Below the pieces are notes generated by a model. It made no database searches, had not been told where the DNA came from, and saw nothing but the letters and a program-made list of their open reading frames with translations. From Candidatus Hinthialibacter antarcticus (GTDB lineage: Bacteria > Hinthialibacterota > Hinthialibacteria > Hinthialibacterales > Hinthialibacteraceae), in contig JAVCCE010000054.1 in assembly GCA_030765645.1 (NCBI GenBank), positions 3,568 through 67,567 on the forward strand: 64,000 nt of DNA, written 5' to 3'. Positions within the stretch are counted from its first letter, which is position 1; each line of letters starts with the position of its first letter. The translations under genes were made by a program, and so were the position numbers. Shown here in pieces: positions 17,370 through 27,040 of this stretch.

Positions 17370-19235
17370 ATGTTGATCCATCACCTGTTGTCATTCATGG
17401 CTGTATGCGCAATTTCAAATCCGATTGAGGTATACGACCTCACGTATGCCTTGCGGTTTGATGCGAACAACCGCGAGCAAGTCGAAGACGCCTGGGACCA
17501 TTGCCACGCCGTCTCAACGCTTCAGGGAATCGTAAACCGGGACCAACCCCGCTTGTATATTCGTTTTGTTGAAAACCATGGAATGAATATTGACGACTAT
17601 TGGCTCGACCAAAACTCCAAGCCGGGAGAATGGCTTGAAGACAGGCCGAGAAAAAACATCCCTGACATTCAAGCATTGATTGAGACGTATCGCTCAGATA
17701 TCAACGGCGTTGTTGTTTATGACCCCGCCGTCCCCGCGACAAGCAACCTCGCTTCCAGCATCGCCGGCGCGGAAGATTTGATCGCGATTCGATATGACGC
17801 GAGCCCCAACTCGCTTTATTCGCAAATCGTTTTGCAGGGGCCTCAACTTCCGGTCAAGGCGCGGCTCATCAATGAAGACGGCTCATCTCTGTTTACGGGG
17901 AAGGACAAAATCCCCGGGACGGACGCGCCATCAACTGGCAGCGCGAAATGCGACGCCTACCTCTGGCTCAAACACCATTATATGGATACCGGAAAACTCA
18001 ATTGCGAGTATGCGGGCTTCTATCTCGACGCGTATTGGATAGAGAATCCACGAGCGGCGAACCCCAACCACCACACGCTGACCAACCATGATTATTTTGT
18101 TTCAAAACGCGCCTTCTTTTTTGACCTTGGCGTGTGGGAAGACGAAACGCCCGTCGATGACCCGACGCAGAAGTTGGGTGAAGACTTAAAGACGCTGAAG
18201 GCGTTATTGTTGAACGCATATCATCACGGCGGCAGGGAGAAGATGCTCCACATCGGCGGGTTTACTCCCTGGGCGAATAAATATACCGATCACGGAAACG
18301 CAGGCGGCAAACACGGCGGCGTCCCAACGGAATGGGAATTCAGCCGAATCGTCAGCGCCTACAACGGGTACGTTGATGCGGACGCGATAGGGATGGGAGC
18401 GATGGCGAACGCTTCGTTCTGGCAGCATTATCCGCTTGATGAACAATACCCCCAGCCCTGGGTGACGCATGATGATTTAGTGAAACGCGGATATCTGAAC
18501 CGCGACGGTTCAATCAATTTTGATGGACGCGAATTCATCATTTTTTATGTAGGCGATTATGATTCCGCCGCGTGGCTGTATCAGATGGCGCCCAAGTTTT
18601 GGGATGATCCGGCCCGTGGAGAGGTCCCGATGATGTGGTCGATCAGCCCGGTGTTGGAGCGCCGGGCGGGAATGGTGATGGCCCGCATGAGAAAGACGGC
18701 GACGCCCAATGATTATTTCGTCGCGGCTGATAATGGGGCGGGATATTTGAATCCGGGCATGTTACAAGAGCCGCGCCCGATTTCGGGGCTTCCATCAGGG
18801 CTGGACGCATGGGCAGCGCATTGCCTGCCGATTTATCAACGCTGGGGAATGTCGATTACCGGGTTCGTCATTGATGGATATGCGCCCGGGTTAAACGAAG
18901 ACGGTTTGAGTTGCTATGAGACGTTTAGTCCGAACGGAATCGTCCCGCAGAAGATTCCACCGTTTATGCTTCATCATCAAATGCCAGTGTTACGCGCCGA
19001 TCATGACGTCAACGAAGGCAACATTAACGCGGCGGCCAATCATATTCTTGCGCGGGTAAAGGACCGCGATTTACCGTTCCATTGGTTCCGCAACATTCTC
19101 AAATCACCGCAATGGTATGCAGATGTAGTAACGGCGCTCAAAGAGAAAAACCCGGCGATCGAACTGCTCGACGCTCCGACATTTTTTGAACTACTGCGAA
19201 TTTATGGAACGGCGCAGGAGAACAAACCCGAGTAA
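17370..19235 (+). CDS. Hypothetical secreted protein, possible GxGYxYP-family putative glycoside hydrolase
   Basis: ATG 17370 preceded by GGAG; the ORF track starts at TTG 17358. Signal-like N-terminus. STLQGIVNR motif near the N-terminus and a GAGYLNP (GxGYxxP) motif. The assignment is tentative. Confidence 0.4.
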   Translation: MLIHHLLSFMAVCAISNPIEVYDLTYALRFDANNREQVEDAWDHCHAVSTLQGIVNRDQPRLYIRFVENHGMNIDDYWLDQNSKPGEWLEDRPRKNIPDIQALIETYRSDINGVVVYDPAVPATSNLASSIAGAEDLIAIRYDASPNSLYSQIVLQGPQLPVKARLINEDGSSLFTGKDKIPGTDAPSTGSAKCDAYLWLKHHYMDTGKLNCEYAGFYLDAYWIENPRAANPNHHTLTNHDYFVSKRAFFFDLGVWEDETPVDDPTQKLGEDLKTLKALLLNAYHHGGREKMLHIGGFTPWANKYTDHGNAGGKHGGVPTEWEFSRIVSAYNGYVDADAIGMGAMANASFWQHYPLDEQYPQPWVTHDDLVKRGYLNRDGSINFDGREFIIFYVGDYDSAAWLYQMAPKFWDDPARGEVPMMWSISPVLERRAGMVMARMRKTATPNDYFVAADNGAGYLNPGMLQEPRPISGLPSGLDAWAAHCLPIYQRWGMSITGFVIDGYAPGLNEDGLSCYETFSPNGIVPQKIPPFMLHHQMPVLRADHDVNEGNINAAANHILARVKDRDLPFHWFRNILKSPQWYADVVTALKEKNPAIELLDAPTFFELLRIYGTAQENKPE

Positions 19236-19255
19236 TGCACCGCACATGCCTCACA

Positions 19256-19286
19256 CCAGAATAGGCGATTTTCTCGCCTATTCTGG
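19256..19286. terminator. Convergent-gene terminator hairpin
   Basis: 13-bp perfect inverted repeat ccagaataggcga / tcgcctattctgg with ttttc loop. Lies between the + strand gene ending at 19235 and the - strand gene ending at 19345. Confidence 0.5.
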
Positions 19287-19344
19287 TTGTCTAACGAAAC
19301 ACTCAAACGTCCCAGCGCTTGTCGCCATTGTGGATACGGCTCTC

Positions 19345-22300
19345 TCAAAACTCGCGAGATTCTTGCGCCGGGTCGATGGAAAACCACTTATATAGAGACG
19401 GAATCACAAGAAGCGTGAGGATGGTGGATGTAACCAGTCCGCCGACGACAACGGTCGCGAGAGGGCGTTGTACTTCACTGCCTGCGCCTTCGGAAAAGAG
19501 CAGGGGAATAAGCCCCAACGCGGTCGTGAGCGCGGTCATTAACACCGGACGAAGCCTGAGGGCGGCGCCTTCGACAGACGCTTCGTCAACAGAGACGCCC
19601 TTTCGAAGCAATTCGTTCAGGTAGGTCACCAACACCATTCCGTTTTCAAGCGCGATGCCAAATAACGCGATAAAACCAACGGATGACGGCACGGACAGAT
19701 TTTCACCGGTAATCCATAGCGCGACAACGCCCCCAACCAATGCAAGTGGAATATTGAGCAAAATTAGAAATGAGTTTTTCAAAGAGTTGAAACTTGAATA
19801 CAGCATGAGAAAAATGAGCAAGAGAGTGATTGGGACCACAATCGCTAAGCGTTTGTTCGCTTCTTGTTGCAAGCGAAATTGTCCGCCCCATGTTGCTAGA
19901 TAGCCGGGAGGAAGGTTGACTTGCTCATCAATGGCTTGTTGCGCTTCTTCGACAAAAGAACCGATATCTCTGCCAACGACGTTGCACTGAACGGTGATGA
20001 ACCTCTGGTTGTCTTCCCGCGTGATCTGTCGGGGGCCGATGATCTCCTCAATGGTTGCCAGCTCCCCCAGGGGAACTTTGCTCCCATTGGGGGAAGTGAT
20101 TAGAATCGTACCAATGTCTTCGGGCGTGCTGCGTCTGTCTTTTTGATAGCGGACGTAAATGTCAAACCGCCGAATGCCTTCGAAGATTTGTCCAACGGTC
20201 TCGCCGCCGACCGCAGTGCGAATGACCTCCTGCACGTCAGCCATGTTGATCCCATAGCGGGCTATGGCCTGGCGGTTCGGGCGAATCAATAGTTGTGGTT
20301 TCCCGGCGATCTGGTCGGGTTGAACATCCGCCGCGCCCCGCACGTTCTGTACGACGATCGCGATTTCATCCGCTTTTTCTTTCAAGGTATCCAGGTCGTC
20401 GCCAAAGAGTTTAATCGCCAACTCAGCGCGAACGCCCTCAAGCAATTCATCAATCGTCATCGCGATGGGCTGTGTAAAGTTAGTCGCCACTCCAGGAATC
20501 TCACCGAGTTCTTCTCGAATCACGAGGCTCAAATCTTCTTGATGCCAGTTTGGGTCGCGCCATTCTTTTTGCGGTTTGAGAACGATGTACATTTCCGCGC
20601 TATTGATGGGGTCGGTATGCGCTCCCACCTCTCCACGGCCAATTCGGGATATGACGGTTGTGATTTCGGGGATGCGCATCAAGCGGCGTTCGACGCGAAA
20701 CGTCACATCTTTGCTTTCTTCCAAGGAGATCGAGGGGGCCATGGTTAAGCGGACAATCATCGTGCCTTCTTGGAGTTTGGGGGTAAATTCAGAACCAAGT
20801 TGAGGGAAAATATAAACACCGATTCCAAGAAAAACAGCAACAAGGATCAAAGAGAAAGATCGATGCCGGACAAAAAGCCGCACAAGCGGAAGATAAGGCG
20901 CTTTAAGCCATCGAACCAGAAGGATATCGGTGTTCTGTTTGACTGTTGACCGTGTATTTGGCTTTCGCATAAACACGAATGCAAGCGCTGGGGCGACCGC
21001 AATCGCGAAGATCAGCGAACCGAGCATGGCCATTGCCACCGTGTAGGCTAAGGGGCGAAACGTCATCCCTTCTACGCCTTGAAGGGTAAACAGCGGGATG
21101 AACACAATAATGATAATGGCAATCGAGAACGCAATTGGACGCCCGACTTCCGCGCACGCGCGTGCAATGATATGGATTTTGGACTCTGAAGGCCCCGATT
21201 GGCGAAGAAGGCGGTCAACGTTTTCGACCATAACAATGGTCCCGTCCACCATCATGCCGATGGCAATCGCCAAGCCTCCAAGGGACATTAAGTTTGCCGA
21301 GAGGCCAAAGTAACTCATGCCTAAAGTGGCGAATAACACCGAGAATGGAATGGAGAGAGAAACGACGATGCTAGGCCGAAAGCCGCCCATAAAAATAATC
21401 AAAATCAAAACAACAAATGCAATCCCTTGCGCTAAAGCGTTTGTGACCGTCGCAACGCAGGACTCAACCAAATCCCGTTGCTGATAATAGGGAACAATTT
21501 TTACGCCTTCGGGGAGGATTTTGTTGATCTCTTCGATCTTGTTCTCAACGTGTTCGATTACCGTTGACGAATTCGTCCCGTAGAGTTTAACAACCATCCC
21601 CGCGACAACTTCCTGTTTACCGTTTAAGGTCTGAACGCCTCGACGGACTGCGCCTCCGATGCGTATATCGGCGATGTCTCTTAAGTAAACAGGGCGTCCG
21701 CTTTCACTCTTGATAACGATGCTTTCCAGGTCATCAATTCCATAGGCCAAGCCGACGGAACGCACCAGATATTCTTCCGCGTTCTTTTCAATAAACTGTG
21801 CGCCAACGTTGAGGTTGTTGGCCCGGATTTTTTCGGTCGTTTCGTTTATCGTGATGTCATACTGAAGCAAGGCATCGGGATTGATCACAACGTGATACTG
21901 CTTTTCGTGGCCTCCGATTCCTAACACCTCCGTGACGCCTGAGACCGTTTGGAGGTTAAATTTGATAATCCAGTCTTGGATGGTTCGCATTTCTTCCAAT
22001 GAACGCAAACCCGTCTCATCCTCCAAATAATAGAACAACACTAGTCCCATGCCCGTGGAGATCGGCCCCATCGAGGGTTCGCCGAACCCTTCGGGGATTT
22101 GCTCGCGGGCCTCTTGCAAACGCTCATTCACCAGTTGCCGGGCGAAGTAGATATCGGTTCCTTCTTTGAAGTAAATGTTGACGACAGAAAGCCCAAAATT
22201 CGACACCGAGCGGATTTTTTGTAAGTCGGGCAAACCGTTCATGACAACCTCGACGGGGTATGTCACATAGCGCTCCACTTCCTCAGGAGCGAGACCTTCG

Positions 22301-22458
22301 GTAATGGTGAAAACCTGTACCAATGAGGGTGAGATATCAGGGAACGCATCGACGGGCAGGCGGGTATAGGAATAGTACCCGGCCACCATCACGAGAACCG
22401 CCATAACAAAAACCAGCAATCGGCTGGAAAGAGACGACTTAATCATTTTTTCAATCAT
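19345..22458 (-). CDS. HME-RND inner-membrane efflux pump, CzcA/CusA family
   Basis: 1037 aa with 12-TM architecture. The N-terminus LPVDAFPDISPSLVQVFT...LAPEEVERYVTYPVE is a near-canonical CzcA/CusA start. Confidence 0.9.
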   Translation of the reverse strand: MIEKMIKSSLSSRLLVFVMAVLVMVAGYYSYTRLPVDAFPDISPSLVQVFTITEGLAPEEVERYVTYPVEVVMNGLPDLQKIRSVSNFGLSVVNIYFKEGTDIYFARQLVNERLQEAREQIPEGFGEPSMGPISTGMGLVLFYYLEDETGLRSLEEMRTIQDWIIKFNLQTVSGVTEVLGIGGHEKQYHVVINPDALLQYDITINETTEKIRANNLNVGAQFIEKNAEEYLVRSVGLAYGIDDLESIVIKSESGRPVYLRDIADIRIGGAVRRGVQTLNGKQEVVAGMVVKLYGTNSSTVIEHVENKIEEINKILPEGVKIVPYYQQRDLVESCVATVTNALAQGIAFVVLILIIFMGGFRPSIVVSLSIPFSVLFATLGMSYFGLSANLMSLGGLAIAIGMMVDGTIVMVENVDRLLRQSGPSESKIHIIARACAEVGRPIAFSIAIIIIVFIPLFTLQGVEGMTFRPLAYTVAMAMLGSLIFAIAVAPALAFVFMRKPNTRSTVKQNTDILLVRWLKAPYLPLVRLFVRHRSFSLILVAVFLGIGVYIFPQLGSEFTPKLQEGTMIVRLTMAPSISLEESKDVTFRVERRLMRIPEITTVISRIGRGEVGAHTDPINSAEMYIVLKPQKEWRDPNWHQEDLSLVIREELGEIPGVATNFTQPIAMTIDELLEGVRAELAIKLFGDDLDTLKEKADEIAIVVQNVRGAADVQPDQIAGKPQLLIRPNRQAIARYGINMADVQEVIRTAVGGETVGQIFEGIRRFDIYVRYQKDRRSTPEDIGTILITSPNGSKVPLGELATIEEIIGPRQITREDNQRFITVQCNVVGRDIGSFVEEAQQAIDEQVNLPPGYLATWGGQFRLQQEANKRLAIVVPITLLLIFLMLYSSFNSLKNSFLILLNIPLALVGGVVALWITGENLSVPSSVGFIALFGIALENGMVLVTYLNELLRKGVSVDEASVEGAALRLRPVLMTALTTALGLIPLLFSEGAGSEVQRPLATVVVGGLVTSTILTLLVIPSLYKWFSIDPAQESREF

Positions 22459-22488
22459 AGTAAACCTCGATACCCGTTCGGGCCGTTC

Positions 22489-23850
22489 TTAATGAGAATG
22501 CCCGCCAGAGGCGAACGCCTCTTTTTCCATTTCCGCTTTCAAGGCGAAGCCGCCTTCTGAGACATAGACCTGGCCGGGCTTAAGGCCGGAGACGATTTCT
22601 ACTCCAACTTTATTGGTCCGACCGATCTCGACGAATTGCGGCTCGAACAAGTCTTCATGCTGAACAAAAACGGCCGGTTTGTTTTCGATGGTTTGAATGG
22701 CTGTTTTGGGTACGTAGACAGAGACGGGGAATGTGTCGGCGGCAATCAAGCCATTAACGAATGACCCGGGCCGCAAGACGCCAGTCGGATTATCAACCAC
22801 AACGCGGGCGGTGGCCGTGCGCGTGTGCGTATCCAAAACAGCGCTGATGTATGAAATGGTTCCCTTCGTTTGAAAATCCCCAAAATTAAAAAAGATTTCG
22901 GCAGTTTGCCCATTGCGGACAGAAGAAAGATTGGCTTGATAGAGCGTGAAATTCACCCAAACTTTCTTTAAATCAGCGATGGTAAACACGGAGGTCTCGT
23001 CTTTGACGAACTCTCCGTGTGTGAGGTGTTTTTCTATCACTTGACCTTCAAAAGGCGCGCGGATTTCATAACGCGTTAAGAGGTCATCCGGTTGAGTGGG
23101 AATCTGCTTAATCGCCTCTTCTGAAAACCCTACTGCATGAAGTTGTTGTTCCGCGGCGGTGACGTTGATCCGCGCTTCGGCCAATGTTTGTTTTGATGAA
23201 AGATAATCTTGCTCGGCGGATATCTTTTTCTCCCACAACGCTTTTTCCCGGTTAAAATTGGTTTGGGCTAACTTATACCGTTCCAACGTAGCCAGGTAAC
23301 TTGATTTGAGCGTCGCGAGTTCCCGGCTCTCAAGCACGGCGAGGAGTTCATTTTTTGCCACAGCAGCCCCCAACGATTTGTGGACTTCTTTCACGACTCC
23401 GGGAATGCGCGGGATAATGTGACTGACTGAATCGGGGTTAATAACCACTTCTCCAGAGACTTCGATATGCTTCGTCAGCATCCCCGGCGACGCGATCGCC
23501 GTCTTAATATTGAATTCTTCCAAAGTTGCAGTTGAAAAACGGATAGCGTGTTCCTCATGGTCATCCTCACCGGCGTGAGAATCGCTTTCTTCGTGCCCGT
23601 CTTCATCCGAGTGAACGTCTACATCTGAATGCTCATGGCCTTCGTGCTCTTCTTCATCCGCATGAACGTCTACATCTGAATGCTCATGGCCTTCGTGCCC
23701 TTCTTCATCCGCATGCTCAAGTTCAAGTGGCGCCTTTGAGAAAGCAGCATAGGAATAGCCATTCGTTGGATTAAACAAAACGATTGCGACGGAGAGAAAA
23801 ATCCCCAGGAAAACGGTCATTGCTGAAATAAAGATCATTTTCTTATTCAT
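22489..23850 (-). CDS. RND efflux membrane fusion (periplasmic adaptor) protein with His-rich N-terminal tandem repeat
   Basis: HlyD/CzcB-like barrel-sandwich and beta-barrel region. N-terminal HADEEGHEGHEHSDVDV repeated twice, a probable metal-binding segment. 8-nt overlap with the upstream OMF gene. Confidence 0.8.
   Translation of the reverse strand: MNKKMIFISAMTVFLGIFLSVAIVLFNPTNGYSYAAFSKAPLELEHADEEGHEGHEHSDVDVHADEEEHEGHEHSDVDVHSDEDGHEESDSHAGEDDHEEHAIRFSTATLEEFNIKTAIASPGMLTKHIEVSGEVVINPDSVSHIIPRIPGVVKEVHKSLGAAVAKNELLAVLESRELATLKSSYLATLERYKLAQTNFNREKALWEKKISAEQDYLSSKQTLAEARINVTAAEQQLHAVGFSEEAIKQIPTQPDDLLTRYEIRAPFEGQVIEKHLTHGEFVKDETSVFTIADLKKVWVNFTLYQANLSSVRNGQTAEIFFNFGDFQTKGTISYISAVLDTHTRTATARVVVDNPTGVLRPGSFVNGLIAADTFPVSVYVPKTAIQTIENKPAVFVQHEDLFEPQFVEIGRTNKVGVEIVSGLKPGQVYVSEGGFALKAEMEKEAFASGGHSH
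23590..23725. repeat. About 2.3 copies of a 54-bp in-frame tandem repeat inside the adaptor gene, encoding His/Asp/Glu-rich HEGHEHSDVDVHADEEE units
   Basis: Direct repetition visible: cttcatccgagtgaacgtctacatctgaatgctcatggccttcgtgctc / ttcatccgcatgaacgtctacatctgaatgctcatggccttcgtgccc. Confidence 0.8.
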
Positions 23851-25228
23851 TGTTTTTCACCTCAGGCATTGTCATTTGATCTGCTGGTATTACGTTTTGA
23901 AGCGGTTTGCCGAGCAAGCGCTCAAGGGCGACCCAATGCGCATGAAAATCGGCGGTGGTTTCGATCAACTTGGTCCGTGATTCAAAGAGAGTTCGTTGCG
24001 CATCGAGAACCTCCAGATAGGCGAATTTCCCTTGTTCGTAGCCTTCCCGAACGGCTTCATACGCGCTGTTTGCGCCGGGGAGTATTTCTTTTTTTAACCG
24101 GTCGATTTGGGTACGGGAGGACAACAACGACTGGTAGACAGTTGAGAGAGCGCTAAGCGCTTCAACTGTCACGGCGCGTTTTTCTTCCTCGCCTTTTTGG
24201 ATCCGTTCTCTGGACGCCTGTATTGCGCCCTGGTTGCGGTTGAAAATGTTGAGCGGAAAAGAAACTGCCGCGATGAAGGCTACATCGTCCGATTCATTTA
24301 TATATCGAAGTCCGCCGCTCAGGGTTATATCGGGAACGGCTTGTGAAACCTCGAGGTTGAGCGCTGCTTCGCGCTTTTTCATTTCGGCGCTCCAGCGCTG
24401 TACGTCGGGATTCGCTTCAACTTCAGTAGAAAGTGATTCCAACGAAGGAAGTTCGTGGATATCCCCCAGCGTCCCCGTTGCGAGTTCAAATTGTGGAACA
24501 GCGCTTCCCCAGGCAGCGGCAAGTTGTATCTTTGCCGCTTCGAGTTCACCCTTCGCTTGGTCGAGAAGATTTTGTTCGGCAGCGAGTTCGACGCGTGCGC
24601 GCGTTTCCTCCATGGGAGCGACTCGGCCTGTTTTCACTCGCTCAGAAATAGCAAAAACAGATTCTTCGGCGAGTTGGAGCAGCTCATTAAGAATCTCAAT
24701 TCGCTGCTGAGCGGTCAAAACATCAAAATAGCGCTGGGCGACCTGAGCGAGGACATCCGCGACAGCAACCCGGTAGTCCCATCTTGCGCTTTCAGTTTCC
24801 CACTGAGCAACGACTTGGCGGTTTTCGCGCTTCCCGCCGAATTCAATGAGCTGGCTATAGAGAGCGGTTGCCTCTGCCTGGTTGAAGAGATCAATCGGGC
24901 CGGTTCCAGCAAAATTTTCAAGTTCCGTTTCGAGTTCCGGGTTGGGATAGAAGCCTTCTTGAATCTCAAGCGATTCACGGGCTCGTATCTCCCATGAGAA
25001 AGCGGAAAGCGAAGGATTGTGCAAAAGGGCTAGAGACGCCGCTTGCTGTAGCGTCAAAGGGCCGATGGGTTCAGTGATGCTCGCCATCGGCGAATGATTG
25101 TTAGTTTCATCGTTAAAATATTGGGAATTACTCGTGGTCAAAGTGGCCGGGCTATCATTTGGGGGCGTCGTGGTGACGCACCCCGATGCGATAAATACCA
25201 GCGTGAGAACAATAAGAAATGGACGCAT
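23843..25228 (-). CDS. Outer membrane efflux factor (TolC/CzcC family) lipoprotein
   Basis: Lipoprotein signal MRPFLIVLTLVFIASGC (start 25228, GAGGAGG RBS). Two-repeat OEP architecture with coiled coils. First gene of an OMF-MFP-RND operon. Confidence 0.8.
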   Translation of the reverse strand: MRPFLIVLTLVFIASGCVTTTPPNDSPATLTTSNSQYFNDETNNHSPMASITEPIGPLTLQQAASLALLHNPSLSAFSWEIRARESLEIQEGFYPNPELETELENFAGTGPIDLFNQAEATALYSQLIEFGGKRENRQVVAQWETESARWDYRVAVADVLAQVAQRYFDVLTAQQRIEILNELLQLAEESVFAISERVKTGRVAPMEETRARVELAAEQNLLDQAKGELEAAKIQLAAAWGSAVPQFELATGTLGDIHELPSLESLSTEVEANPDVQRWSAEMKKREAALNLEVSQAVPDITLSGGLRYINESDDVAFIAAVSFPLNIFNRNQGAIQASRERIQKGEEEKRAVTVEALSALSTVYQSLLSSRTQIDRLKKEILPGANSAYEAVREGYEQGKFAYLEVLDAQRTLFESRTKLIETTADFHAHWVALERLLGKPLQNVIPADQMTMPEVKNNE

Positions 25229-25360
25229 TTTTGCCTCCTCGTATTTCAGACAGAACAAGATCACGCAAAAGAGAGACAACGCGGAATGACATTCAAGCGG
25301 CGTTGTACTTGCGTAAGGCGCACAATGAAGCGCGTGAGGAAAAACAGAAAAGGCGGTGGA

Positions 25361-25771
25361 TCAAATCAGAAGAATCGTCGAACGAATTTGAGAGGAAAGC
25401 AGGCTTTGATAATGGAACGGGGCGACTTGAGTCAATTGAGATTTTTGGTAGACGGGCGAAACTCGCACAAAAGAATCGAATCTCAGCGATGGAAGATTGA
25501 GCGAGGGCGGTTCGCATTTGGCGGAACCGAGAACAATGGTTTCGTTTTGGAGTAGAGGGATATCAATACAAGCGCCGCAATTATCTTCTTCCTCTTCTTC
25601 TTGAGAAACGAGACTGACAGAGCGTTGGCTATTTGTTGAAGCGCAACATACTTTCTCCTGCGAATTTTCGAAAGAGAAATGTCCGTCGCTTCCAACACAC
25701 AGAACGGCCCCCGAAAATGGAAACTGTAATAGCGTCGAGACGACAAATACCCAATAGAAGAAACGTTTCAT
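25361..25771 (-). CDS. Small hypothetical secreted protein with Cys pairs (CC, CGAC) and a poly-Glu tract
   Basis: Signal-like MKRFFYWVFVVSTLLQF. Lies directly upstream of, and co-directional with, the czcC-like gene. No recognisable family, and coding status is uncertain. Confidence 0.3.
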   Translation of the reverse strand: MKRFFYWVFVVSTLLQFPFSGAVLCVGSDGHFSFENSQEKVCCASTNSQRSVSLVSQEEEEEDNCGACIDIPLLQNETIVLGSAKCEPPSLNLPSLRFDSFVRVSPVYQKSQLTQVAPFHYQSLLSSQIRSTILLI

Positions 25772-25913
25772 TTTATATCCAGAAGAAAACAAGCGCCGTT
25801 CTCGCCTTTGAAAACGGCTTATTATTTTACAGTGTACACGATTATTTCTGTCACCTTTATCATATACCACCTAATTTCTCATCCACAAGTGTCTGGCATT
25901 AGAAGCGAGGTCA

Positions 25914-26750
25914 TTATTCCGAAACGATTTCTTTAACAAAACGAACCAAGATATCATGCGCAGGCTTGGCCATACCGCCGTGATCGAAACCTTGCAGTTC
26001 ATACAGCGTCGTCGCCTTATGCCCGGCGCCTTTCATCATCCGCGCCATGTAGGCGTTTTCTTCATACCGCCCCAACATCTCCATCTCGCGGTCGCCGGTA
26101 ATAAACACAATCGGCGGCGCGTCAGACCGGACGTGATATAACGGCGCAAATTTATCAACAATCGGTCGCTCGCGCGGGATGCCGCGTTCATCACGCACAG
26201 TAAAATGGGTGATGGTGTGTCCGCTGAATGGAATCAATCCAGCGATGCGGTCGGCGTCAACGCCGTGCTTCGCCAGCCAGCGTTTATCGAGGCCAACCAT
26301 GCTGGTGAGATAACCGCCTGCGGAATGGCCCGAAACAAACACCCGCTGCGGGCTGCCGCCGAATTCGTCGATGCGCTTCATCACCCACGCAACAGAGGCC
26401 GCCGCGTCTTCGATATAAGCGGGGCATTTCACCTTGGGATTCAGCCGATAGTTTACCGCCGCAACGGCGAAACCCTGTTCTTTCAGCGCTTGCGGAACAG
26501 AACGATTGCCCGCCTGCAAACCGCCGCCGTGAAACCAGACGATGGTGGGGAAATCTTTAAGACCGGTTGGATAGTAGAGATCAAGGCGGCATCGCTCATT
26601 GATATACGCATCCTCCAAACTCGCCGCATTTTCATAATAAAGAATGTCCGTCTTGGTTGTGTATTCGACCTTGGCGTCTTGCGCAACGCACAATTGCGCG
26701 ACCGCTATCATCAAACAAACTGAAATCGTGAATGGGTAGTATTTTTTCAT
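25914..26750 (-). CDS. Secreted alpha/beta-hydrolase fold-3 esterase/lipase
   Basis: Signal peptide. Oxyanion HGGG motif (VWFHGGGLQAG) and nucleophile elbow GHSAGG. Confidence 0.7.
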   Translation of the reverse strand: MKKYYPFTISVCLMIAVAQLCVAQDAKVEYTTKTDILYYENAASLEDAYINERCRLDLYYPTGLKDFPTIVWFHGGGLQAGNRSVPQALKEQGFAVAAVNYRLNPKVKCPAYIEDAAASVAWVMKRIDEFGGSPQRVFVSGHSAGGYLTSMVGLDKRWLAKHGVDADRIAGLIPFSGHTITHFTVRDERGIPRERPIVDKFAPLYHVRSDAPPIVFITGDREMEMLGRYEENAYMARMMKGAGHKATTLYELQGFDHGGMAKPAHDILVRFVKEIVSE

Positions 26751-26770
26751 TTTTCACCTATCAAATTTTA

Positions 26771-27040
26771 GGTTCATCCGGCAAGTGAGTACTTACATTG
26801 ATGGATGGCCATAATTTTTATTGAGAAACAGGCTCCGGCATTTCATAAATTGACAAACCAATCAGGCATGAGTGGAACTCTGGGAGCGCCTGTGCATAAG
26901 GGCTTGAAAGCCCGCACTGAAGCGAGCAGAGTTGTACCCATGCCTGATACAGCGAAAGATCAAGCATTTACGAAAAAACGTCAAAAAAACGCAATTCAAT
27001 TTGTGATAAAGTATCCAAATACCGGAAGAACCGAATTTTA
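26771..27040. repeat. Dispersed intergenic repeat family, copy B (full length, orientation 2)
   Basis: ggttcatccggcaagtgagtacttacattgatggatggccat...caggcatgagtggaactctgggagcgcctgtgcataagggcttgaaagcccgcactgaagcgagcagagttgtacccatgcctgatacagcgaaagatcaag... The ORF-track ORF 26805..27155 is an artefact of this element. Confidence 0.85.

Noticed and set aside
23590-23725. Direct repeats of about 54 bp, which could suggest a CRISPR array
   Set aside because: Only about 2.3 contiguous units without spacers, lying inside and in frame with the RND adaptor gene, where they encode His-rich repeats. This is not a CRISPR array, and no cas genes are present.
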